Source: an uncultured Desulfobacula sp. (GTDB lineage: Bacteria; Desulfobacterota; Desulfobacteria; Desulfobacterales; Desulfobacteraceae). Taken from it: a stretch of DNA of 64,000 nt. The stretch's first letter is position 1. The number at the start of each line of letters is the position of its first letter. The DNA is taken from the NCBI GenBank assembly GCA_963674905.2, contig CAXXXR010000002.1, positions 2,658,588-2,722,587 on the forward strand. Direction: 5' to 3'. Shown one piece after another: positions 29,176-38,452 of this stretch. The position numbers and the translations under genes were made by a program. The notes under the pieces are model-generated. The model had not been told where the DNA came from and did not search any database. It saw only the letters and a program-made list of their open reading frames with translations.

Positions 29176-30155
29176 TGGGCGGTCCTCCACTGGCTGGTGA
29201 ATTGATGGCATTTCACCCGGGTATTGTTCTTCAGGGTCTGGGTTTTGGGGACAATTTCTTTGCAAAGGGGCCTGGCCTCGGGACACCGGGGGTGGTACCG
29301 GCACCCTTCAGGAAAGGTTCTCACGCTGGGAACGTTTCCCGGAATCGCGGCCAGGGACCTGTCCGTCATGCCCAGTTTGGGGATGCAGCCCAGCAGGGCC
29401 CGGGTATAGGGATGGCCCGGGTCCGTAAAGATTGAGGTCACAGGACCTGTCTCCACCAGGGTTCCCGCATACATGACCACCACCCGGTCACACAGATGGG
29501 AAATGATACCCAGGTCATGGGTGATCATGATCAGTCCGATATTCCTTTCCAGGGTGGTCTGTTTGAACAACTCAATAATCTGGGCCTGGACCGTTACATC
29601 CAGGGCTGTGGTGGGTTCATCCGCAATGAGAAGCCGGGGGTCGGCACACAGGCCCATGGCAATGACGATTCGCTGTTTCAGTCCCCCGGACAATTGATGG
29701 GGATATTGGCCGAATACCTTTGCCGAGTTGGGAATGCCCAGGGATGTCATCACCTCCACGGCCCGTTTTTCCGCCGCATCCCGGGTGATATCCATGTGCA
29801 GTTTCAATCCCTCCACAATCTGATCCCCCACCCTGTAAACCGGGTCAAGGGAGGTCATGGGGTTTTGTGAAATCAAAGAGATTTGGTTTCCCCTCAACTG
29901 CTGATACATCTGTTCTGAAATGGTGAGCAAATCCTGATCCTTGAAAAAAATCCTGCCGGCAGAGACCCTGCCGTCCAGAAACGGGAGCAGTCCCATGATG
30001 GCCTGGGCCGTAACGGATTTGCCCGACCCGGTTTCACCCACGATCCCCAGGATTTCTCCGGCTTCCATGTCAAAGCTGATACCGTTCAAGGGCTCCACCG
30101 ACCCGTCCCGGGTTTTGAATTCCACCTTTAAATTTTCCACCGTTAAAAGACTCAT
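29172..30155 (-). CDS. Peptide ABC transporter ATP-binding subunit (DppD/OppD-like)
   Basis: GETGSGKS, LSGGLKQR, IADEPTTALDVT and GCRYHPRC. Confidence 0.93.
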   Translation of the reverse strand: MSLLTVENLKVEFKTRDGSVEPLNGISFDMEAGEILGIVGETGSGKSVTAQAIMGLLPFLDGRVSAGRIFFKDQDLLTISEQMYQQLRGNQISLISQNPMTSLDPVYRVGDQIVEGLKLHMDITRDAAEKRAVEVMTSLGIPNSAKVFGQYPHQLSGGLKQRIVIAMGLCADPRLLIADEPTTALDVTVQAQIIELFKQTTLERNIGLIMITHDLGIISHLCDRVVVMYAGTLVETGPVTSIFTDPGHPYTRALLGCIPKLGMTDRSLAAIPGNVPSVRTFPEGCRYHPRCPEARPLCKEIVPKTQTLKNNTRVKCHQFTSQWRTAQ

Positions 30156-31036
30156 TTAAGGGTATCCTCCCGGATATCCATGATATCCACCAGAGCATCC
30201 CCGAAGAGATTGAATCCAAAAACAGTTATCATCATGGCGATCCCCGGAAAAATAATCACCCAGGGGGAAATGAACAGATAGGCGGTTCCATTGCTCATCA
30301 TGGCTCCCCAACTGGGGGTGGGGGGCTGGGCGCCCATGCCCAGAAACCCAAGGGTGGCCTCCAGTACAATGGCCTGGCCGATGCCGATGGTGGCGGCAAC
30401 AATCACCGGTGCAATTGCATTGGGGAAAAGATGTTTGAACAGGATGGTAAAGTCCGTTGCCCCCAGGGATCGGGTGGCCTCCACATAGATTTCATTTTTC
30501 AGCATCAGGATCTGGCCCCGGATCAACCGGGCATACTGGGCCCAATAGGTCAGGGCAATGGCAATGATCACGCATTCAATGCCTGCGCCTACCACGGCCA
30601 CCAGCAAAAGGGCCACAAGGATTTCCGGCAGGGACCAGGTCAGGTCCGTGATAACGGATAAACTCTGGTCCAGCCAGCCTCCGTAATATCCGGCCAGGGC
30701 TCCCAGAATCACCCCGATGATCACCGACAGCCCCACCGACACAACCCCCACATACACTGAAATCCGTGATCCGTGGAGAATACGGGAGAACACATCCCTT
30801 CCAAACTCATCGGTTCCCATGAAATGGTCTCCGGACGGCGGGCTGTTCATGATGCTCAGGTTTTGTTCTTTGTACGAGTAGGGGGCGATCAAATCGGCGG
30901 ACAGGGCAATAAAGATAAGGCCTGCGATGATGATCACGCCCAGGAGCCCGGCCCTGTTTGATTTTATTTTTTTGACCCGTCTCAGCCATCGGTTGGCCGG
31001 CGGTCGGATACTGTCTTGATTCTGATTGTTTTCCAT
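30152..31036 (-). CDS. Peptide ABC transporter permease (DppC-like)
   Basis: HFMGTDEFGRDVFSR, EAA-like YVEATRSLGA, KHLFPN and LGFLGMGAQPP.PSWG. Confidence 0.92.
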   Translation of the reverse strand: MENNQNQDSIRPPANRWLRRVKKIKSNRAGLLGVIIIAGLIFIALSADLIAPYSYKEQNLSIMNSPPSGDHFMGTDEFGRDVFSRILHGSRISVYVGVVSVGLSVIIGVILGALAGYYGGWLDQSLSVITDLTWSLPEILVALLLVAVVGAGIECVIIAIALTYWAQYARLIRGQILMLKNEIYVEATRSLGATDFTILFKHLFPNAIAPVIVAATIGIGQAIVLEATLGFLGMGAQPPTPSWGAMMSNGTAYLFISPWVIIFPGIAMMITVFGFNLFGDALVDIMDIREDTLK

Positions 31037-31065
31037 AGGTGATCGTTAAAACCTACCCCTTTGTT

Positions 31066-31992
31066 TTAGTGGTGTTGATCCCTGACCCTGGGATCGGTGA
31101 GGGCGTAGAGGATGTCGGCCAGAAAGGTGCCCATCATGATGCCCATGGCCAGGATCAGCATGGCCCCCTGGATCACGGGGTAATCCCTTCGAAACAGACC
31201 GGTGATGAGCAATTGTCCCAGACCCGGCCGTCCAAAAACGATTTCAACGGTGACGGTTCCCCCCAGAACCCACCCGATCCGCAATCCCAGGATGGTGATC
31301 ACCGGTATCAGGGCATTCCTTAAAATATGCTTGAGCAGGATGGCTCGTTTGCCCAGGCCCTTGGCGTGGAGCATCACAATAAAATCCTTGGATGCCACCT
31401 CGAGCATGGACACCCGGGTGACCCTTGCAATGAGCCCGGCCCCCCCCAGCCCAACCGTCACCGCCGGAAGCACCAGGGACATGAGGCTGCCGGACCCGGA
31501 AATCGGGAACCAGGTCAGCCAGACAGCAAAGATCAGGATGAGGATCAGCCCCAGCCAGAAAGCCGGGATGGTCACCCCGAACAGGGCCACCAGCATGGCC
31601 AGATGATCAAAAATGGTATTTTTGGCCGCCGCAGAGATGATGCCCATGGAAACCCCCAGCACAAAGGAGAGCACAATGGCGGTGAGACCCAGGGAGAGGC
31701 TGTAGGGCAGGTGGTGGAGCAGAAGTTCCGTGACCGGCCGTTTTTCGATGATGGACCGCCCCAGATCCCCGTGGAGCATATTTTTAAACCAGAGATAGTA
31801 TTGGACGGGAATGGGTTTGTCCAGATGGTATTTTTCCACCAGTTTTTGTTCGTGGGCCTTGGTCATCCCCGGTCCCATGAGGTTGTCTATGGGGGTGCCC
31901 GGTACGATGTGAATCAAAGAAAAAATAATGATGGACACCACCACAAATATCGGGATCATCAATAAAGAACGGCGTAGGACAAACTGCCACAT
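31066..31992 (-). CDS. Peptide ABC transporter permease (DppB-like)
   Basis: HLDKPIPVQY, GDLGRS, IPAFWLG, HAKGL, KHILRNA and FGRPGLG; likely ATG 31992. Confidence 0.92.
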   Translation of the reverse strand: MWQFVLRRSLLMIPIFVVVSIIIFSLIHIVPGTPIDNLMGPGMTKAHEQKLVEKYHLDKPIPVQYYLWFKNMLHGDLGRSIIEKRPVTELLLHHLPYSLSLGLTAIVLSFVLGVSMGIISAAAKNTIFDHLAMLVALFGVTIPAFWLGLILILIFAVWLTWFPISGSGSLMSLVLPAVTVGLGGAGLIARVTRVSMLEVASKDFIVMLHAKGLGKRAILLKHILRNALIPVITILGLRIGWVLGGTVTVEIVFGRPGLGQLLITGLFRRDYPVIQGAMLILAMGIMMGTFLADILYALTDPRVRDQHH

Positions 31993-32093
31993 GCTTTTCT
32001 TCTCCAGAGGTTTTTTGTTTAATTTTCCCCGGATTTTTCCGCTGCCGCCAGGCAACTGAAAAACCCGGGGAACACTTTATGGAAAAGAAGGGA

Positions 32094-33668
32094 TTATTTT
32101 AAATCCCAGTCCAGTACGCCCATTCCCATGAAACGCCGGTCAAGGGCATTTTCAGGATAGACCAGCCGTTTGCCAACGGCAAAAATCGTATCCGGCAGAT
32201 AGAACGGTGCCCACACATACTGGTTCAGAAGGTAGGTGTGATACGCCTTGAAATTTTCCACCCGTTCTTCCTGGGTCCGGGACCGGGTCATGGCTTTGTG
32301 CATGAGATAGTCTGCCTCGTTGTCATGGTACATGGCGGCATTGGGATACCCCATGCGGGTTGAGTTTAAAAACCACTCGAGGATGTCGGCATTTTCCCAT
32401 TCATATGAACGGATGGCCAGTTGGTGTTCCCCTTTTTTGTAGTAGGCCCGGATGGAGCTTGGGTCCATGAGGGTGATTTTTGCATCCACACCGGCCTTTG
32501 CCAACTGGGCCTGGATCACCTCGGCAGACCGCCGGTAGGAGGATTCATTCTTGGCCAGGAGTTTCAGCTCAAGTTTGTTGCCGTCCTTGTCCTGGCGGAT
32601 CCCGTCCGGTCCCATTTTCCAGCCCGCCTCTTCAAAGGCGGCCTTTGACCCTTCAAGGTCAAACCGGATCTGGTCTTTGACCGCCACCTTGCTTGCCGGC
32701 AGTGAATCGATAAGATAGGTGTAGGCGGGCTTGCCCGCATTTGCAAACACACTCTTGGTGATGCTGGCCTGGTCCACTGCCAGGGCAATGCCCTTTCTGA
32801 CCAGCACATTGTCCAGGGGAGGGGACTGGGTGTTCATGACCATGTGGTACAATGAATCCCCGGGCTGCCGGATAAGCCCCAGGTTTTTATCCTGTTCAAT
32901 CTTGTCAATGAACATGGTGGGGACCGAAAAAACCACATCCAGTTTCCCGGTTTTCAGCTCTAAAAACCGGGTGGATTCTTCTTTCATATCCCGGTAGATG
33001 ACTTTGTCGATGATGGCCGGCCCTTTGTTGTTCACCAGGGCCGGTCCCCAGGTGTACTCCTCGTTTTTGGTCAATACCAGTTCATTCCCCGGCGACCAGG
33101 ATTCAAACTTATAGGGGCCTGATCCCACCACATGTTTGGTGCCGAACTCTTCGCCATACTTTTTATAGGCCACCATGCTGGGAACCGCCATAAAGGTCTG
33201 GGACATGTTAAAGAACATGTTGGGGTCGGGGTATTTATAGTGGATGATGACGGAATGGGGTCCTGTGATCTCCACATTGTCTATGGAGGCCACCATGTAT
33301 CCCGAGGGACCGGTTTCCATTTCCTTGAGGAACCATTTTACCAGTTCAGAATTAAAGGGAGACCCGTCATGAAACTTCACCCCTTTTTTTAACTTCACAT
33401 CCCAGGTCAGGCCGTCATCACTGATGGTCCAGGATTCAGCCAGGGACGGGTAAAATTTTCCATCGATTCCCCATTCAATGAGTTTGTCAAAGATCAGGGA
33501 CATGGCCTCGTGATTGAGCTCCACTTTAATGGGGTTAAATGTTGTGACCCCTAGTTCATTGGGATCACCGGCGGCATAGATGACTTTTTCCGCCTTTGCA
33601 TGCACAGGTGCCAGAATAAACAATGCCGTCAACAGCATTAAACATAAACAACCAATCCTTTTTTTCAT
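32094..33668 (-). CDS. Family-5 ABC substrate-binding protein (DppA/OppA-like)
   Basis: Signal peptide MKKRIG...PVHA, LAESW, VKFHDG and VGSGPYKF; AGGAGG RBS before ATG 33668. Confidence 0.92.
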   Translation of the reverse strand: MKKRIGCLCLMLLTALFILAPVHAKAEKVIYAAGDPNELGVTTFNPIKVELNHEAMSLIFDKLIEWGIDGKFYPSLAESWTISDDGLTWDVKLKKGVKFHDGSPFNSELVKWFLKEMETGPSGYMVASIDNVEITGPHSVIIHYKYPDPNMFFNMSQTFMAVPSMVAYKKYGEEFGTKHVVGSGPYKFESWSPGNELVLTKNEEYTWGPALVNNKGPAIIDKVIYRDMKEESTRFLELKTGKLDVVFSVPTMFIDKIEQDKNLGLIRQPGDSLYHMVMNTQSPPLDNVLVRKGIALAVDQASITKSVFANAGKPAYTYLIDSLPASKVAVKDQIRFDLEGSKAAFEEAGWKMGPDGIRQDKDGNKLELKLLAKNESSYRRSAEVIQAQLAKAGVDAKITLMDPSSIRAYYKKGEHQLAIRSYEWENADILEWFLNSTRMGYPNAAMYHDNEADYLMHKAMTRSRTQEERVENFKAYHTYLLNQYVWAPFYLPDTIFAVGKRLVYPENALDRRFMGMGVLDWDLK

Positions 33669-33803
33669 GTGTTCCTCCTTGCCGCTTCTTGTTGGGTTAA
33701 ATATTGCTGGGTTAAAAATAGTGTTCCATTTCATACCTTATCGTACCATGGCCGCCGGTCCAGGTATCCCTGTTAATTTAGGACCGTAAATTCATCCTGA
33801 GTC

Positions 33804-35489
33804 CTAATCCCTGACCAGTCGTTTTCCGGGAAGTGCTCTTGTGTGTCGTCCGTTCTCGATCACCAGCCTGCCGTTGACCATCACATGGACGATCCCCTGG
33901 GGATACTCATGGGGATGATCAAAACTTGCCTGGTCCTTGACCGTGTTTGGATCAAACAGCACCAGGTCGGCTGCCCGGCCTTTCTGGATCAGGCCCCGGT
34001 CTTTGAGACCGATCTTTTTTGCGGGAAGGCCGGTCATTTTGTGAATGGCCTGTTCCAGGGAGATGACCTGTTTCTCCCGGACATATTTTCCCAGGATCCT
34101 GGGAAAGGTTCCGTAAAACCGGGGATGAACCGGTGATTTCCCGCTGGGGCCAAGGGGGGAAACAGAGCGCCCGTCCGAACCGATCATGCCGAGCGGATCT
34201 TTTAATATGGTGATCAGGTCCTGTTCAGACATGGCAAACACGATCATGCTCAGTCCGCCCTTTTCTTGGCAGTACACCTGGAAAACAGCCTCCACGGGCT
34301 CAAGTCCCAGGACCTCGGCCAGAGCCCGGATGGTAAGACCGTTCAGTTTTTGGTTTTCCGGCAAGGTATATCCCATGATCCTGGCCTGGTCCCAGTCCAG
34401 TCCCTCCATGGGATTTTCCCATCCCGATGAGGGATTGATCATGTCCGCCCTTACCTTTTTTCGGGTTTTGGGCGAGTTGAGGATCTGCCTCATCTGTTTT
34501 GCCCCGCATTCCTTGGCCCATGGGGGAAAAATTTCGATTAAGCCGGTACCATAGGCAGTATAGGGATATTGATCAAAATGGACCTGGATTCCCTCCTGCC
34601 GGGCCTGGTGGATTTTTTCCAGGACCAGGGAGGCTTTTCCCCACATGGCCGGGGTCTCACACTTGAGGTGGGAAATTTCCAGGGATACCCCGGATTGCCT
34701 TGCCGTTGCCAGGGCCTCGTCCACGGCTTCAAATAGAAAGGTTCCCTCGCTGCGCATGTGGGTTGAGTACATGCCGTTGAAGGCGGCCACCTCTGCGGTG
34801 AGCTGGGCCAGTTCCGGGGATCGGGCAAAGGCTCCGGGATGATAGATCAGGCCGGATGACAGACCAAAGGCACCTTTTTCAAGTTCTTGCCTTAAAAGGT
34901 GTTTCATACGTTGCATCTCTGTCTGGTCCGGCACCCTGTTTGCATATCCCATGACATTGGCCCTCAGGGTGGAGTGTCCCACCAGAGGGGCCACATTCAC
35001 TGCCGTACCCTTAGTATAAAGGTGATCGTAAAAATCATCCAGGGTTTTGAATTGCCATGCCTGGTCCGGTAAATGCCGTTTATAGTGTTTGCCCAGATCG
35101 GTCATATACTCCATAAAGGCATCTTTTCCCGAGTCAAGAATCGGGGCGGGCGATCCCCCGCAATTGCCCGTGACCTCCGTTGTCACCCCCTGGCTCACCC
35201 GGCTGTCGGCCGTGGGTTCCAGGAGGAGAGAAAAATCCGAATGGGTGTGGATGTCGATGAAACCCGGGCTTACCACCAGTCCTGATCCGTCGATGATCTT
35301 TGCACTGGCCCGGTCCATTCCGGTTCCTTTAACAGACGCTGAAACAGGCTCACTCCCAGGTTCTATAACAGACTCTATAACTGGCTCTATACTGGTGATG
35401 ATTCCGTCGGCAACGGTTATATCGGCAAAAAAACCGTCTGCACCGGTGCCGTCAATCACCCGGGCATTTTGAATGATCAGGTCAGGCAT
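33804..35489 (-). CDS. N-acyl-D-amino-acid deacylase (D-aminoacylase, amidohydrolase superfamily)
   Basis: PGFIDIHTHSD, GNCG, THMR, SHLK, IGSDG, HPRFYGTFPR and ADLVLFD; 8-bp overlap with the upstream gene. Confidence 0.9.
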   Translation of the reverse strand: MPDLIIQNARVIDGTGADGFFADITVADGIITSIEPVIESVIEPGSEPVSASVKGTGMDRASAKIIDGSGLVVSPGFIDIHTHSDFSLLLEPTADSRVSQGVTTEVTGNCGGSPAPILDSGKDAFMEYMTDLGKHYKRHLPDQAWQFKTLDDFYDHLYTKGTAVNVAPLVGHSTLRANVMGYANRVPDQTEMQRMKHLLRQELEKGAFGLSSGLIYHPGAFARSPELAQLTAEVAAFNGMYSTHMRSEGTFLFEAVDEALATARQSGVSLEISHLKCETPAMWGKASLVLEKIHQARQEGIQVHFDQYPYTAYGTGLIEIFPPWAKECGAKQMRQILNSPKTRKKVRADMINPSSGWENPMEGLDWDQARIMGYTLPENQKLNGLTIRALAEVLGLEPVEAVFQVYCQEKGGLSMIVFAMSEQDLITILKDPLGMIGSDGRSVSPLGPSGKSPVHPRFYGTFPRILGKYVREKQVISLEQAIHKMTGLPAKKIGLKDRGLIQKGRAADLVLFDPNTVKDQASFDHPHEYPQGIVHVMVNGRLVIENGRHTRALPGKRLVRD

Positions 35490-36669
35490 GGCCGCCCTCC
35501 TTTTCATTATTCAGGGTTTTTTTCCTGGGGGTGGTGTCGGGCAGAGCCTCATGGGTCCTGATAAATTCCTGGATCACGGGAAGGATTTTGTCGATGGACT
35601 CTTCTAAAGGGCAGATCACGGGAATTTTGAGTCTTTTTTCAAGATGACGGCTGTATGCGGCCAGGTCTGCTTTGCCAGCGCCCGTGCCGTTGAGGGTCAC
35701 GGCAATCACCCGGGTGCCGTACATCTCAATGAGTCTGATTTCGCTGTCAATATCCGGGAGCAGGCACCCCAAATTTTCCGTTGAGTCATAGAATTCCCGG
35801 AACGGGGTGTGCTGAAGCACCACGCCTTTGATGTTTCCCGACACAATGATCTCAGATCCGCAGGGGCCCAAAGGATTCCTCATCCCGGACTGCCCCTCCA
35901 GGATTATCAGATCCGGGCAGGCCTCACGCTCGCACTGGACAATGGCGTTTTCGACCTCTCCGCTGACAAAATCATTCACCGTGGTGTCCAGAATAAATCC
36001 ATAGGGATTTCCCTGGAGCCAGCCGGTCTGGCCGGTATAGATCATCTCGGCCCATATCCCGGCGCTGGAGCAGACGTCGACCATCATCCTGGAAGTGGTG
36101 CGTTTGCCCAGGGCACAATCCGTCCCCAGAACGGCCAGGCGGGGCACCCGCATGTCAAAGATTTGGCCCGACCAGAAATGAAGCTGATCAAAGGGCTTGT
36201 GCCGCCGGATATCAATGATGGTGACATTGTTATCCCGGGCAGCCTGCCTGAAAGTCGGATGGTCACCCAGCAGCATGTGCATTCCGTTGACAATGGAGAT
36301 CCCGCAATTGATCATGTCCAGGGCCAGGGCCTGCCAGTGTTCATCCAGCCTGCCCCCGCAAAGGGCCACACCAATGATCGCAAAATCGGGTTTTTCTCTT
36401 CCGGAAGCCAGGAAGGCGTCCCTGTCTTCATAAACCGGGATGTCCCGAAAGATCCCGTCCAGGACCTCTCCGGCATCTTGACCTGCGCTGTTAGAGTCTA
36501 TGACGCCCATGATCTTAAACCGTTGGGTGCCACGGATCAGACCGTGGGCCGTCTTTGCATCGGCCTGGTCCAGGAGGCCGTTGGTCAGGATAACGGCAGT
36601 GCCCATCATCATGGCGTTTTTCTTTTCCAGATAAGCCTTTGTTTTTTCTGTTTTTGTATCAGGTTTCAT
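35482..36669 (-). CDS. DUF1611 protein, DgcN-like D-amino-acid N-acetyltransferase
   Basis: AKTAHGL, GTDCALGKRTT, TGQTG, DFVSGEVE and EGQSG; TAATG overlap with the epimerase gene. Confidence 0.85.
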   Translation of the reverse strand: MKPDTKTEKTKAYLEKKNAMMMGTAVILTNGLLDQADAKTAHGLIRGTQRFKIMGVIDSNSAGQDAGEVLDGIFRDIPVYEDRDAFLASGREKPDFAIIGVALCGGRLDEHWQALALDMINCGISIVNGMHMLLGDHPTFRQAARDNNVTIIDIRRHKPFDQLHFWSGQIFDMRVPRLAVLGTDCALGKRTTSRMMVDVCSSAGIWAEMIYTGQTGWLQGNPYGFILDTTVNDFVSGEVENAIVQCEREACPDLIILEGQSGMRNPLGPCGSEIIVSGNIKGVVLQHTPFREFYDSTENLGCLLPDIDSEIRLIEMYGTRVIAVTLNGTGAGKADLAAYSRHLEKRLKIPVICPLEESIDKILPVIQEFIRTHEALPDTTPRKKTLNNEKEGGHA

Positions 36670-37733
36670 TAGATTTTTTTGACTCCCAGCCCCGGTAGAT
36701 CTGTGGTCCGCATCCATCCGTTTTCCATTATAAAACCGTTGGTTACAATATCCCGAGCCAGATCCAGGCTCCCGTCAAGGTCCAGGTATTTGGTCGCTTT
36801 GGAGGCAAGGGCCGCATGGAGTGCCCCGGATATACCGATGATACTCTCATCCATGCACCCCCACATCAGGTCAATGCCTGCCAGGTCTGCCATGCCGGCG
36901 ATTTCCAGCCCAGGACCAATGCCCCCGCATTTCATGAGTTTGATATTAAAAATGCCAAAGGGGTGGGGGGGACAGAGTAGATCAATTGTGGTTTCAGGCC
37001 CCAGAAGGCTTTCATCGGCAGCGCAGATTTTCCGGATATCTTCGGGCATGGACTGCATGGTCCCGATATCACCCGCCTTAAGGGGCTGTTCAATGAATTC
37101 TACCATTCCCGCGGTTTTTTCAAAAAACTTTTGTAATTCTTTGCCGCCGTATCCCTGATTGGCATCCACCCGCAGGAGTATTTTTGATCCAAAGGTTTCA
37201 TTCAGTCGGAAGATGCGCACCATATCCTCTTCAAGGTTCAGCCCGGTTTTAATCTTCAGGATGGAAAATCCCCTGTCCAGGTATTCTCGGGCCTCTTCCA
37301 GGGTTTCATCCACCCCCTTGATCCCGATGGTGATAGAGGTGGGCAATGTCTCGTGGACCCGGCCCAGGATGTCCACCAGGGGAAGCCCCATGGTTTTGGC
37401 CGAAAGATCGTGAAGCGCGATATCTGCTGCGGCCAATGCCGCGGGCGTGGCGGAAAGCTCCTCTTTCAGTGTCTTGAGAAGTGTCCTGGAATATCGGAGG
37501 TCTTTTCCCATGAGAATACCTTCAAGTCGGGTGTTCAATGCGGTCTCAGACGCCTCAAGGCTCTCGCCGGTCACATCTTCGGCAGGAGACCCAACTCCCA
37601 GGCCCGTGACCCCGTCTGTGGTCTCAAGGCAGACAAACAGGTTTTCCACCGAAGAGATGGTTTCATAGGCAATGGTATAGGGCCGTGTCAGTTCCAGGTC
37701 CTCTTTCCACACACTGATCTTTTTGATTTTCAT
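36669..37733 (-). CDS. Enolase-superfamily dipeptide epimerase (L-Ala-D/L-Glu epimerase / DgcA-like)
   Basis: KIKTG, RVDANQ, IEQP, ADES, NIKLMKCGG and DLDG; likely ATG 37733. Confidence 0.9.
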   Translation of the reverse strand: MKIKKISVWKEDLELTRPYTIAYETISSVENLFVCLETTDGVTGLGVGSPAEDVTGESLEASETALNTRLEGILMGKDLRYSRTLLKTLKEELSATPAALAAADIALHDLSAKTMGLPLVDILGRVHETLPTSITIGIKGVDETLEEAREYLDRGFSILKIKTGLNLEEDMVRIFRLNETFGSKILLRVDANQGYGGKELQKFFEKTAGMVEFIEQPLKAGDIGTMQSMPEDIRKICAADESLLGPETTIDLLCPPHPFGIFNIKLMKCGGIGPGLEIAGMADLAGIDLMWGCMDESIIGISGALHAALASKATKYLDLDGSLDLARDIVTNGFIMENGWMRTTDLPGLGVKKI

Positions 37734-37750
37734 ACATTTGTCCTTGGAAG

Positions 37751-38248
37751 TTATTTTATCCAGCCGCTGATCTGGGGCGGCAGAAGGGTCCACTTGCGCC
37801 GGGTATTGGTCACCATGAATGATTCCGCATGGCTGATCCCGTCTATTTTGCTCATCTGTTCTTCGTAGAATTGAAACATCCATTCAATGCCTTCGGTCAC
37901 GATGATTTCGGCAAAGATATCGTAGCGGCCGGTTACGGCTACGGCCCAGTGAACATTTTCAAACTCCATGAGCTGATCAATCACCTGCCCCATTTTTCCG
38001 TTATCATCCACCCGGATGGCAATGATGGCCACCAGCATATCCTTCACCCGGAAGGTGTTAACCATGCCGGCCACTTTGAGGATGCCCCTTTCAATGAGGG
38101 AATGGACCCGGGATTTGATGGTGGGGGCCGAGACCTTGAGATTTTCCGCCATTTCCTTGGCCGGCATCCTGCCGTCCTGGGAGAGCAGTTTGATCACCTG
38201 CCGGTCCAATATGTCCAGTTCTTTGTCGTCCGGCATTTTGTCTGCCAA
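37751..38248 (-). CDS. Lrp/AsnC-family transcriptional regulator
   Basis: LDILDRQVIKLL.QDGR, HTH, and a C-terminal RAM domain VTGRYD. Confidence 0.92.
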   Translation of the reverse strand: MADKMPDDKELDILDRQVIKLLSQDGRMPAKEMAENLKVSAPTIKSRVHSLIERGILKVAGMVNTFRVKDMLVAIIAIRVDDNGKMGQVIDQLMEFENVHWAVAVTGRYDIFAEIIVTEGIEWMFQFYEEQMSKIDGISHAESFMVTNTRRKWTLLPPQISGWIK

Positions 38249-38400
38249 TCCTTATTTAGGGATCACCCAAAGTTGCGTTATCGGCACTTTTGTTAAAAGT
38301 TTTTATTGAGGATAAGGCCCTGTCCAAAAGTATAATAATGCAAGCACGACCCCTGTTATCCCCTGGGTGCTTTATAATATGATATTTCAATGGGAAAAAA

Positions 38401-38444
38401 TTATATTATATAAAATGTATTGTCAATAATTTTATATAATATAA
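38401..38444. promoter_or_regulatory. 44-bp near-perfect AT-rich palindrome containing TTGACA on the minus strand
   Basis: ttatattatataaaat-g-tattg-t-caata-attttatataatataa: perfect 16-bp outer arms and 5-bp inner arms; upstream of the lrp operon. Confidence 0.65.
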
Positions 38445-38452
38445 ACAAAAAA

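Noticed and set aside
35809-36672. Long antisense ORFs (e.g. 35809-36672, 49261-50028, 31327-31965, 473-1075, 5421-6089, 18979-19650)
   Set aside because: All lie opposite well-supported genes and lack motifs; expected shadows in GC-rich coding DNA.
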